Of a stretch of DNA of 64,000 nucleotides, positions 1 through 47,193 are shown in pieces (the first letter of the stretch is position 1; every line of letters starts with the position of its first letter). The translations under genes and the position numbers were made by a program. This stretch comes from Malacoraja senta. Taxonomy: Eukaryota. The stretch is taken from assembly GCA_038087875.1 (NCBI GenBank), contig CM075989.1, positions 10,666,001 to 10,730,000 of the forward strand, given 5' to 3'. The notes under the pieces were generated by a model. It was not told where the DNA came from. It saw only the letters and a program-made list of their open reading frames with translations, and did not search any database.

Positions 1-535
1 TTTATTTAAGTGTGTTTTCTATGCACAAGGTGAAGAAACTATAATCTCTGCCACACAGCTTCAATATTGAGCATGAAAATACAGATACTTCTCCAGTGAT
101 GCTCGTTTAACCTAATATATCTCAGTCCTGATTTTGGACGAGGAATCTTTGCTGCACCCCTTCAATATCTTACGTTCTTAAAAGAGGCTTGGAGCATTAT
201 TGTGGACAATGGACCTGACCATCTGCTGGGATAAAGGCCGGGCGATGCTTCCCTCCAGTGGCAAGGTGAGGAACCGACCTCATCGGTGAGAGGGGTGGTG
301 GAAGGTGACAGGCTCGGTGATTGGCCACTGCTGATCCGGTCGTCTCCCATCCAAAACAATGTTGGGTTCTAGCGTGACACCCATCACTGTTGGTCTTGGC
401 ATCTGACAACCTGTCCAAACCTTACTACTTTCAAAGCCCTCCTCTTCTGCGTATCACTCCACTTCCGTTCTTGGAATTCACCCTCTGATGCACTTTATCA
501 GTTTATTTATTCATGTGTGTATATATTTATATAAT

Positions 536-1360
536 AATAATAATAATAATACTTTATTAATCCCCTTTTCAGGGGTAATTCAGATGTCCTTGCAGCACAC
601 TAATAAAAATACAAAATAACATTAAAGAAGAAGTTTAACATTAAAACATAAAAACATCCCCACACAATGGTTCCCACTGTGAGGGAAGGCACAAAGTCCA
701 GTCCCCATCCACTTGTCCACCCATGGTCGGGCCTATTGAGGCCTCCACAGTCGCCGCTATGGCGGCCCGATGTTTCAGGACATCTCGCCGGGTGATGGTG
801 CTCCGGCGTCGGGAGAACCCTCTCAGCGGCTTGGGATGCCTGGAACGGCTGCTTCCTTACCGGAGACCGCGGCTTCCGCGCTGGACGGAGCTCCACCACG
901 GGCGATCTCAGCGAGAGATCCCAGGCTCCCGATGTAAAGTTCAGCGCCGCCGCCCGCAGCTGGCCGCTCCACAGACCCGCAGCTCCGCTATGTTCAATCG
1001 GCAGATTCCAGCATACCGGAGTTCCAGCGCAGCGACCCAGGCAAGGCATCGCCCGCTCCACGATAGCGCTCCAGCGCTGTGCCGCCGCCGAAGCCGAGGT
1101 ACTGGCCAGGTCCCCACAGGAAACGCCGCTCCAGGCCACGCTGGTAGGCCGCGAGGACGGGTCGAAGGTGCTGCCCGGAGGAAGGCAGCCTCTCCGGCCA
1201 GGTAGGGACTTGAAAAGCAGTTTTCCCTTTCACCCCCCCCCCGACCCCCCACATATAAAAAGATTAGACCCCCAACTAACACATTTTTAACGTACAAAAA
1301 TAAAAAAAAGAAGTAAAAAAAAACAGACAGCTGCAGGACAGGACAGCGCCCCCCTCCCAG
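536..1360 (-). mobile_element. GC-rich non-autonomous retroposon (copy A) inserted in a LINE 3' tail
   Basis: (TTA)n tail and AATAAA on - strand; ATAAT at 531-535 and 1361-1365 as probable TSD; homologous to 63072-63868 and 45969-46207. Confidence 0.7.
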
Positions 1361-2679
1361 ATAATGGTATATGGACACACTGATCTGTTCGGTATTCATG
1401 CCTAATATGTTCTGGTGTGCTGAAGCAAAGCAAGAATTTCATTGTCGTATCTGGGACACATGACAATAAACTCTCTTGAACTCTTGATCATCCCCTGTCT
1501 TTAGTCACTTCACAAATGACCACCATGCCTTCAGCTTCCCCTGAGTTCTATAATTCCTTCACTAAAGCGAACTACAAAAAAAAATCTAGCTGTTCTTGCA
1601 CATGAATCACAAAAAAATCCACTAATGGTCCTATAAAACCATGTGATAATTTAGTTATGTGACGGGTATGAAATTAATGGAACCCGTTTGTTGCCGGCAT
1701 TCTAATGGTTAATCTGATCCCACTCCCTGATTTCCGGGTTAGAACAACATTTGTGGTTTTGTGCGTAATTCATTCAGGGAGTCCACAAGAAGTTTTTCTA
1801 ATTCATTGCTTGCGACTACTTTCCGTCGCCAGTGGGTCTCCATATTGTCCATGATTAAGCCTGACAGCTGGAATAGCAACCTGTGCCCAAATGATTCATC
1901 AGATAGAACAAAGGAGCAAATCAAACCTCACTACCCACACAGTGGCGTCTTCATGGATCGTTCTGACAATGTTTTGGAGAAGTTTTGTTTTGTTTTCTTG
2001 AACTTCCACAGCTGTTTTATGGATCTTTGTAAGATGTTGCTATGATCCTCAGATCTCATACATGGGCGGTGAGGGGAGTGGGTGGAGAGGCAGTGTCTGA
2101 TATTAAATCATGAAGGGGCATATTGCTCACCGCTTGCTACTGACCAGGCACCAAGCAGATGAGCAAAGTACTTGGACCACACAAGAGTCATTATTCCACT
2201 GAAACCTCCAAAAGCCAGATTTTCTCAAGGTGCATTAGCAAAACCAATGACATCTCACAATGGGTCTATTGTGTAAAATGCACAGCATGGCTTGGTCTCA
2301 TCCTGAAGTTCTGTGGCCGAGTTACCAAGCATCTTGTGGGATAATGCAAGAAGCAATATTAATAATAGATATACCATCTTATAGTGGTATAAGTGATTGG
2401 AGATGCTGGAGCAAAAAAAATCTAAAGCAGCTAGAGGAACTCGACAGCATCTACAGAAGGAAATGGACTGTTCTTCAGATTAAGACCCTTCATATTCTCT
2501 CCTCCTGTATGCTAAGTGACATTCCTCAGCAGGCACCTACTGATGACTTGACACAGTAACGTGGCACTGAGCTTGCTTCCTCTTGATGAGTCCTCTCCAA
2601 AGATGGATGAGGAGTCTGAAATGCTAATTCACATTCTTTCTCCAAAGATGTTGCTTGACCTGCTGAGTGTCATAGCTAT

Positions 2680-3063
2680 CGTATGAAATTCCTACCTAAC
2701 TTATCAGATCCAGCATTGATGTTTCCCCTGCCTGCGATATTCCACACCAGGGAACAAAGGCTCAAAATAAGGGGTCGGCCATTCAGAGGTGAGAAGAAAT
2801 ATCTCTGCCCAAGGTGTAACTTTTTCACACAGAGGGAGGTGGGTGTATGGAACAAGCTGCCAGAGGAGGTAGTTGAGGCTGGGACTATCCCATTTTTTAA
2901 GAAACAGTTGGACAGGTACATGGATAGGACAGGCTTGGAGGGTTATGGACCAAGCGCAGGCAAGTGGGACTAGGGTAGCTGGGACATTGTTGGCCGGTGT
3001 GGGCGAGTTGGGCCGAAGGGCCTGTTTTCACACTGTATCACTCTATGACTTTATCACTCTCTA
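2680..3063 (+). mobile_element. CR1-type LINE 3' fragment
   Basis: FFTQREVGVWNKLPEEVVEA...FKKQLDRYM C-terminus, GGGCCGAAGGGCCTGTTT 3' UTR motif and tail. Confidence 0.85.
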
Positions 3064-3169
3064 AGGATAGTAGATCTTTGTAATTCTTTACCCAAAAGGA
3101 CTGTGAAGGCTCAATCACTGAGTATATTCAAGAGATACATTGATTTTTAGATATTAGAAGTAGAAATAA

Positions 3170-3430
3170 GGAACTGTGGAGGCTGGAGTAACTCAGCGGG
3201 TGAGACAGCATCTCTGGAGAACATTGACAGGTGACGTTTCACCCTTCTTCAGACTGATTTATAGGTGACGGTTCAGGTTGGAAACCTTCTTCAGACTGAT
3301 TGATAGGTGACGTTTTGGGATCGGGACTCTTCTTCGGACTGAAGAAGGATCCCAACCTGAAACATTACCTATCCATGTTCTCCAGTGATGCTGCCTAACC
3401 TGCCGAGTTACTCCAGCCATTGTATCAACT
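3170..3430. repeat. Inverted pair of Penelope-like terminal-repeat fragments with four hammerhead-like cores
   Basis: GCTGGAGTAACTCAGC...CAGCATCTCTGGAGAACAT mirrored by ATGTTCTCCAG..GATGCTGCC...GAGTTACTCCAGC; CTGAAGA...GAAAC cores in both orientations. Confidence 0.7.
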
Positions 3431-4119
3431 TTTAGATATCAATAAATCAAGAAATTAAAGGTTTGGGCAAAAAAATGGGACTGAGATAAAAGAGAAAGCA
3501 TGATGAACAGACCCAGACGTAAAATGTTTCTCTCTTGCTGCCTGACCTGCTGAGTGTTTCCAGCATTTTCTTTTTTTCCCCCCAAATTATCAGCATCTGC
3601 AGTTTATTAATTTTCATCATATTAAATCAGGGGGCAGACACAAGAAGGAAATGGCCTTCTCCTGCTTTTATTTCTTATGTTTTTATCTGATTATTACTAT
3701 ATTGTTGTTTGCATTTTCAAATTGCTACTATGTTTCCCCGAATACAACAGTAGAAATCAAAGATCTTTGGTAGAAGGGCAGGTGAAATGCACTCTAATTT
3801 TGTGAATGGGATTCCTATACCACCATTGTCCACCTGAGGACACCAGTGAGCCAAGACAAGTGCAAATGAGTCATTTGGAAATAAATTAAATTGCACTGGA
3901 AACATCATTGAAATGAAATTAGAAGCGAAAGAAACTTAAGTCAGTAATTATGCAAATGTTGCAGAGATAAATACAGAGCAGGGAATTAATTAGGCACACC
4001 TTTATAAATGGTAAGGATGATTAAATCATTGAATGAGAACATGAACTATATGGAGGGCTACAGCCATAAATTTTAAATTAGAATTAACTTAAATAAAGAC
4101 ATCAAATTAACTTAAGAGG

Positions 4120-4340
4120 ATGAGAAAAAAAGGAGCAGGAATAGGTTACTCAGTCTTTCAAGCCTAGCCTACCATTCACTTTGATCATGGCTGATCTGTC
4201 CCATGGCTCATCTGCTCTTCTGGACCAGTTCTCAATTCCCTCAGCTTCCAAATATTTATCTACCTTCTCTTTGACTATCCCCAATGATTTAGCCTTCACA
4301 GCCCGCCAGGGTGGAGAATTCCAGAGATTATGGAAAGCGA
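4120..4340 (-). mobile_element. Degenerate CR1 3' fragment
   Basis: NLWNSPPWRAVKAKSL...KEKVDKYL and GATCATGGCTGATC tail motif. Confidence 0.7.
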
Positions 4341-4783
4341 TATCTTGGCACATGTCAACATCTCCTTACCCAGGTAGAGAGAGACTGGCCAATCAATATC
4401 TGTAAGTCTCTTGTGTCTCCAGACAACTCAGTTGTCCAGATTGAGACCTCTTCACTGCCATGGTCACCAAGGCATGGTCCACTCCAGGTGTTTTGTGACA
4501 CACTCAGACGCCTGAGCGATTTTTCTGTATGACATGTCTTCTAACAATTGCTCTAAACTCTTTGACTTGACCACACAACCTCTTTTAGGCAGGTCTTGCC
4601 GAGTCATATCTGAGCCACATCTAACTTGCTGTGCCTTGGATGTCTATCATCACAAACTGCAATATCGTCACTGGTTTCCATGAAACCCTGGCCCGTGATC
4701 GCTCACAGTGTCAGACGGAGCATTCGGATAGTGTGGAGAGCCTGATATTCATGATTGGGAGTACACATGCCCTGTCATAAGCA

Positions 4784-5020
4784 GACTGAAAAAGGATCTC
4801 GACCCAAAACGTCACCGATTTCTTCTCCCCAGAGATGCTGCCTGACCCGCTGAGTCACTCCAGCATTTTGTGTCCAATTATCAGTCTGAAGAAGGATCTT
4901 GAGCCAAAACATCGCCCATTCCTTCTCTCCAGAGATGCTGCCTGAGCCGCTGAGTTACTCCAGCATTTTGTGTCTATCTTCAGTGTAAAGCAGCATCTGC
5001 AGTTCCTACCTACACACTTC
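4784..5020 (+). repeat. Tandem dimer of Penelope-like terminal repeat (degenerate hammerhead cores at 4786 and 4886)
   Basis: Two ~100-bp direct copies CTGAA.AAGGATCT...AAAAC.TC...GAGATGCTGCCTGA..CGCTGAGT.ACTCCAGCATTTTGTGTC. Confidence 0.75.
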
Positions 5021-5060
5021 CATATCCCTTTCATGGTTTAATCTCAGGAGTGGGACTTGA

Positions 5061-5752
5061 AGGGGAGGAGGGGAGGATGGGTGAAGGGTGGAGGGGGGGA
5101 GCGAGGAGGGGGTAGAGGGAAGGGGAGGGGGAGGAGAAAGGGGAGGGGGAGGGGGAAGGGGAGTGGGGAAGGGGAGGGGAGGGGAGAGGGGGAAGGGGAG
5201 GGGGAAGGAGAGGGGGGAAGGGGAGGGGGGAAGGGGAGGGAGGAGGGGGAAGGGGAGGGGGAGGGGGAGGGAGTAGGGGAAGGGGGAGGGAGGAGGGGGA
5301 AGGGGAGGGAGGAGGGGGAAGGGGAGGGAGGAGGGGAAGGGGAGGGAGGAGGGGGAAGGGGGGAAGGGGAGGGGGGGAAGGGGAAGGGGGAAGGGGAGGG
5401 AGGAGGGGGAAGGGGAGGGAGTAGTGGGAAGGGGAGGGGACGAGGGGGAAGGGGAGGGAGGAGGGGGAGGGGAGGGGGAAGGGGAGGGGGGAGGGGAGGG
5501 AGGAGGGGGAAGGGGAGGGAGGAAGGGGAGGGGAGGGGAGGAGGTGGAAGGGGAGGGGAGGGGAGGAGGTGGAAGGGGAGGGAGGAGGGGGGAGGGGAGG
5601 GAGGAGGGGGAAGGGGAGGGAGGAAGGGGAAGGGGAGGGGAGGAAGGGGAAGGGGAGGGAGGAAGGGGAGGGGAGGGGAGGAGGTGGAAGGGGAGGGAGG
5701 AGGGGGAAGGGGAGGGAGGAGGGGGAAGGGGAGGGGGGGAGGGGCGGGGGGA
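5061..5752 (+). repeat. Polypurine G-rich minisatellite (unit ~GGGGAAGGGGAGGGAGGAGG)
   Basis: ~690 bp almost purely G/A; source of the spurious Pro/Gly-rich ORFs. Confidence 0.95.
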
Positions 5753-5760
5753 GAAATTGC

Positions 5761-5892
5761 CCAATCAAAAGCCTGATGCAATGATTGACATCAGACTGCC
5801 CAATGACAATAGGGCGAGGGGGCGGGCCGTACGTGTGGACCAATAGGGAGGCGGCAATGCGGGAGCTGCCAATGCGAGGCGCGGGATTTGAA
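5761..5892 (+). promoter_or_regulatory. KIF23 proximal promoter: four CCAAT boxes plus CDE/CHR element
   Basis: CCAAT at 5761, 5800, 5840, 5869; GC-rich AGGCGC 5877-5882, 4-nt spacer, CHR TTTGAA 5887-5892; no TATA; CpG-rich 5810-6150. Confidence 0.85.
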
Positions 5893-6016
5893 CGGGCGGG
5901 CGGGCGGGCGGCGGTTGGCGGGCGAGGCGCGCGGCCACAGTGAGAGGCGGCGGCCGGGGGGGAGACGGAGACGGAGACGGAGAGGGAGAGACGGAGAGAC
6001 GGAGAGAGGGAGCAAC

Positions 6017-41860
<35,844 letters not shown>

Positions 41861-42660
41861 ATGCTGTGTATAAACTTCATTCTGTGACAGACCTCGAGCA
41901 ATATTGGAAACCGAATACTGCAGGGTAGAGGCTATGCAAAATTTGGGTGCTTATGATGCCAACATTGCTGTAAAACGTTTTGAATTATAACAATAGTAAA
42001 TCTTGCTGATATGTATATTAGATAGTTGGTTGTCCCTACATTATATCTTTAAAATTATGCATTTTATTTTACGTGGGTCTTTTCTCTTGCATGAGGATAC
42101 CGTTTTATACTTCTCCCATGTAAAATAATCATCATCTTTTGTTTTGAAATATTTTGAACAATTGATCAGTATCAATGAAAACTTGCATTTCCAGATTGGC
42201 TGCCGTTACAAAATTACATTTTTTTAAATGAAATTCATCTTTTGAACAGCATCATTCTATTGTGATACTTTTGCTGGCCTACTTTTTTATTAAAAGAAAT
42301 AGAATAATGCATGCTATATAAAGTTCAAGGCAAACTCTGCATTGATCGCCCATCCCTGGATAAATCCTGGTATCTCAGTTTGCGCTGCTGCTATTCAGTT
42401 GAGATGATGCACTTTAGAACAATTCCCTTTGTGTATAAATGCTTGTCCGCATCACGGCCACATCTCTATATTCTTGTACTATATACTTTTTCATAAGACT
42501 TAATTTTGTTTGGATTTGCTGTACATTATAAACAGTTGAACTATGGATTTTTGTTATAACATCTTTTTATCTCAAGTGTGACTTTTGTAAGTGATTTCCA
42601 GCATCCCAAATACAAATAGTGAATTCATTTTTCATTAAAATTGTTCCTGCCATAACATAT
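41861..42660 (+). other. KIF23: Probable KIF23 3' UTR with ATTAAA poly(A) signals at 42289 and 42634
   Basis: AT-rich unique sequence after the stop; ATTAAA hexamers; GT/T-rich sequence after the distal signal; repeat sequence starts at ~42740. Confidence 0.6.
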
Positions 42661-42739
42661 GCAGTTTTGTCTTTGATTATCTTTGATCAAATTGGACAGG
42701 AGACTTGTGTTTGAAATTTTTTTTTTGACGGGAATTGTA

Positions 42740-45700
42740 GGCAAATGGGATAAAAAGATCATAGAGAATAAAGGGCCAGTGGACGATATCCAGGAGGAGG
42801 AACGTTGGAGACTACAGAGAGGGTCATGGGGGGGGGGGGGGAGAGAGAGAGTGATGAGGGTCAAGAACTCCTTTAGTAGAAAATAAAATGTGACTGGTAT
42901 GGAAGAAGAACTTGCAATCACGATTGGCCCAAAACTCACCAAGGTGTGGGTGCAGGTGTACAAAGGTGAGGCCTCTGCTGAAGGCAGATTGTTGAGTGTC
43001 AAAAGCGATGGTGAAGACACGGCAGGGGTGGGGAAGAACCTGGGGGGAGGGGTGATGTGGGGGAGGGGGATCAGGGCACTTGTATTCTGTGATTCAGGAT
43101 TCAATGCAGGACTGAGTGGAGGTCGGTGTGGAAGGTGATGAAAGAATGTTCAGTGGACAGAATAGGCAGGAGCACAGCAGGGAGTGAGGAAGGACTGTTG
43201 GATTGAATTCCATTTATTTTGATGCAAGGCGACATGTGTAAGAAGGATGAACTCGGTGTGGATAGGTTTGTGAAGCAGTTACAGGAACATGGCTAGGAGA
43301 GGGACAGGATTGGCAACCTGATTCTCCAGGGTATAGGTTCTACAGGAGCAATAGAGATAGTGGAAAAAGAGATGAGGGTGTTGCTCTGTTGGTTGAGAAT
43401 GTCACCAGTAGTCGGAGATTACATTACTGATGGTTGATCCAGTCAGGCTATATAGGTAAAGCCGAGATAAAAAAAGGGGATGATCACCTTGTTGGGAATG
43501 TACTACAGGCCCCCAAACAGCCAATGGGAATTAGAAGAGTAAATATGCCAGGAGGTTGCTGGTAGCTTCAAGAATAATAACATTGTCATAGAGGATTTTA
43601 ACTTTCCCAATATAGAGTGGGAGTGTCCACGTGTCAAGGGCTTAGATAGGGTGGAATTTGTCAAATGTGTTTGGGAAAGTTTTCTTATGGGCCTGTCCCA
43701 CTGTACGAGCTAATTCAAGAGCTCTCCCGAGTTTAAAAAAAAATCAAACTCGTGGTAAGCACGTAGAATGTACGTAGCGGATATGTCGAAGCTCGGGACG
43801 TCTCTTAGCGGCTCGTAACGCTAACGGCAGGTACTCGGGGAAAGCTCGTGAAGACTTGTGAAGATTTTTTAACATGTTGAAAAATGTCCACGAGAGCCCC
43901 GAGTACCCACAAGCGGCTATTACCGTAGTTCTCCGAGTTCAAATCAGGGGAAACTCAGGAGAACTCTTGAATTAGCTCGTACAGTGGGACAGCCCCATAA
44001 GGCATATGTAGAGGCCCCTACAGAGAAAAGGGTAAAGTTTGATCTGCTGCTAGGATATTGGGACGGGCAAGTGACTGAAGTATCCATGGGCGAGTGTTTT
44101 GGGACCAGCGACCACTTTCAATTAACTTTAAAATTAGTCATGAGGGCGGCCCCAGAAGTTAAAACTTTGAATTTGGGCAAGGCCAACTTTGACAGTAACT
44201 TGCTAAAGTCAATTGGACTAAGTTGTTTGGAGGCAAAGGATTTCTGGAAAGTGGGATGCTTTTAACAGTGTGATGACAAGAGTTCAGGCCACGCATGTTA
44301 GAGTGAGAAGGGCAAGTCAGCTGAGAGTAAGGAAGCTTGGATGTAGAAAGAAAATGAGGCTCTGGTCAGGAAACGAGGTATGAGGCAGGCATTGATAGCT
44401 TGGATCAAGTGTATCCCTGGAGGACAGGTGTCAGAGGTTATGGGGAGAAGGCAGGAGAATGGGGTTAATTCTATTAGTTTGAGGAACTGAGGAGCATTCT
44501 TGAAATCAGGAAGGTGAAAAGGGAGCGGTGCTAGCATTGGCAGATAATATTAAAGAAAATCCAATGAGATTTTATAAGTACAATAAGGGAAAGCGAATAG
44601 AGAGAATAGGGCAGTCATCTCTGGAGCCGCAGGAGATGGGCAAGATCCTATTTCTCTGTTTTTACCATGGAGAAAGACATGAGGACTGGGGAAGTTTGCA
44701 CAGTTAATGCAAATGTCTTGAGAACCTTGAGTGATAGCCAACGGGATAAATAATTGGTGTCATGGAAGGAAACAGATGGTGATGATGGAAGGTTGTTTTT
44801 CCAGACTGGAGGTCTGATAAATAGAGTGCCTGAAGAATTGGTGCTGGATCCATTGTTTATGGTTTATATCAACGATTTGGATGAGAAAGTAGACGGCTTG
44901 AGTAGTAAGTTTGCAGATGACACTAAATTAGGCGGTATGGATAGCAAAAATTACAGCAGGATCAAGTGGGCTGAAGAATGGTTGATACGATTTAATACAG
45001 ATATGTGCACGGTTTTGCGATTTGGGAAGTCAAATGAGGGCAGGAACTACACAGTGTATGGCAGAGCTCCAGGGAGTGTTCTAGAGCAGAGATCTAGGAT
45101 TGTAGGTAAGTAGATCTTTGAAAGTGACACCCTGGGTAGATAGGGTGATCAAGAAGGTTTTCAACGCTGGTCATCAGCCAGGGTATTGAATGAATGAATA
45201 AGTTTATTGGCTAAGTAAGGAATTTGCCTTGGTGCTCTGTCCACAAGTGACAACATGACATACAGTGACAGTTAAGAATGATACATGAAACATTAAACAT
45301 TAATAATAAAACATTATTGATTAAACATGTGAATTAAATAAAATACCAGAGCTAAAGGAGGCTACAGATTTTTGGTTGAGTAGAGCTACTACTCGTGGAA
45401 AAAAGCTTGAGTAAAATTGAGTAAATAATTTGGGATGTTATATTAGTTGTACAAGATGTGGATGAGTGCTCCACATTTGGAGTATTGTGTTTAGTTTTGG
45501 TCACCCTGCTATAGGAAGGATGTTGTCAAGGTGGTAAGAATGGAGAGAAAATTTACAAGGTTGTTGCCAGGACTTGAGGGCCTGAGCTACAGGGAGAGGT
45601 TGGACAGGCGAGGGCTATATTCCATAGAGTACATGAGGATGAGGGGTGACCTTGGAGGTGGGTAAGATCATGCAGAGAATAGATAGGACAAATGCAGAGT

Positions 45701-45780
45701 CTTTTACCCAGGGTAGGGGAATCGAGAACAAGCAGACAGGTTTGCAGTGAGAGAGTGGAAACATGTAATAGGAACTGTTC
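42740..45780 (+). mobile_element. Long degenerate CR1 LINE (endonuclease + RT) interrupted by a MITE and a small insert
   Basis: YYRPP (43501), DFN, SDH, YINDLD...SKFADDTK (44860-44930), FWSPCYRKD motifs with many stops. Confidence 0.85.
43688..43997. mobile_element. PIF/Harbinger-type MITE, 310 bp
   Basis: ~40-bp TIRs TGGGCCTGTCCCACTGTACGAGCTAATTCAAGAG / CTCTTGAATTAGCTCGTACAGTGGGACAGCCCCA flanked by TTA and TAA; splits a CR1 sequence. Confidence 0.85.
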
Positions 45781-45968
45781 TGGGATGCCTGTCTAGATGT
45801 GCATGGACCACATCAAGGCAAGAGAAAACAGGGTGATGAATGACTAATCAGCACCTTTGAAGCAGGTTCAAAAGACAAAGCCATAATGCACAGCTCGGGT
45901 GAAGAGGGCATGCCCTGAACTCTTGTCATCACGTCTCTGGTAGGGAAGCACCGATTCGGGACTTACCT

Positions 45969-46207
45969 TGCCTGTACATCTGGCCGCCCACAGCGGCGAC
46001 TGCGGAGGTTTATGTTCCCGACCACGGGGAAAAATGGAGGAGGACTGACTGAATTTTGTGCCTTCCACCACAGTGATGAATGCTGTGGTGGATGTTTTGT
46101 GTTAAAAAAAATTATGGTGTATTGTGTGGTTTTTTTTATTGTACCACTGCTGGCACGTTCATTTCACTTCATTGTGTATGTGAGGAATAAATCTGACTAT
46201 TGACTAT
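45969..46207 (+). mobile_element. 5'-truncated copy C of the GC-rich retroposon family
   Basis: CAGCGGCGACTGCGGAGG...CCCGACCAC...TTTGTGCCTTCC.CCACAGTG core, AATAAA and (TGACTAT)2 tail. Confidence 0.65.
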
Positions 46208-47193
46208 AATGAGATCGACTATATTAGGTTGGAATATATTTTGATTTTTGGGCGGGGTTTTTCCACCTGATGTGCCGAGTAGATGCTTATATTGTGATTG
46301 GTTAAAGGCTTGTTGCATCTCCAGCTCTGATCTCAGTCTTTCTTCGGCCCCAAATTGTTGGACTGAGATTTGAAGTTGATATTGGAATCGTCTTTCTTGA
46401 TCAGCAGAAATAAAACAACTTGTCTACAGTGGTATTGTGCTCCTTGTGGTGAGGGGCTGGGATTATATTCATTGTCACACCCAAGGAAGGAATTGTTGAA
46501 GTGGTTCCTGCAAATATAATATAGGAAACACTACTGAGCTTGTATTTCCATGGCACCTTTCATGACTTGCCAAAATGTAGCTAAAGCAAAATTCTTTAAT
46601 CTTGAAACTGGGAATGTGCAACAAATGATCTGTGATTGGCAAGCTCCTGTTAACAGCAAAGAAGTAATGACCAGCTGATCTGTTCTGGTGATTGGGGGAT
46701 AAATATCGATGAGCCGGCACTAGCAGGCCCTCGCTTTGACTCTCCCACTGATCTGGGACACGCTCACCAAGACCTGCAATGGACCCCAACTTTACTCCAT
46801 TCTATGTCCTCAACAAACAGTTCCTCGCCTACCTGGACTCCACTAAGGATCACAAGCTTGCCTGCCTCCAGACCGGTCCCTCCACCGACACTCCTCGACT
46901 CGACTTCCCACAAGCCCGTGACTCCACCGCTAGGCCACGCCGCCTGCCCGACCACCACAGGGCCGAGACTCAGGAGGCTATCGTCGCCATGAAGACTAGC
47001 ACAAACATCCACCGCCATGTTACACTAACAGACGCACACCTAGCACCGCTCCCGAAAAATTTGCGGTTTTTCGCGTTAAAAACGGGTCTACTGGTCGGGA
47101 CCGATTTTAAAAACTTACCGGAGCTTCTGGACGTCGTGCTGATGACATCATCAGTAAGCGCTGTGAAATTAACGGAGCTTTAAAGACTTTTAA

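Noticed and set aside
600..1399. Overlapping 150-180 aa ORFs
   Set aside because: GC-rich interior of a non-coding retroposon; no domain motifs and not conserved in the 63-kb copy
5006..5846. Long Pro-rich and Gly/Arg/Glu-rich ORFs on both strands
   Set aside because: Artefacts of the G/A minisatellite, which lacks stop codons
45958..45975. ACTTACCT resembling the U1 snRNA 5' end
   Set aside because: No further U1 similarity; lies at the junction of a truncated retroposon
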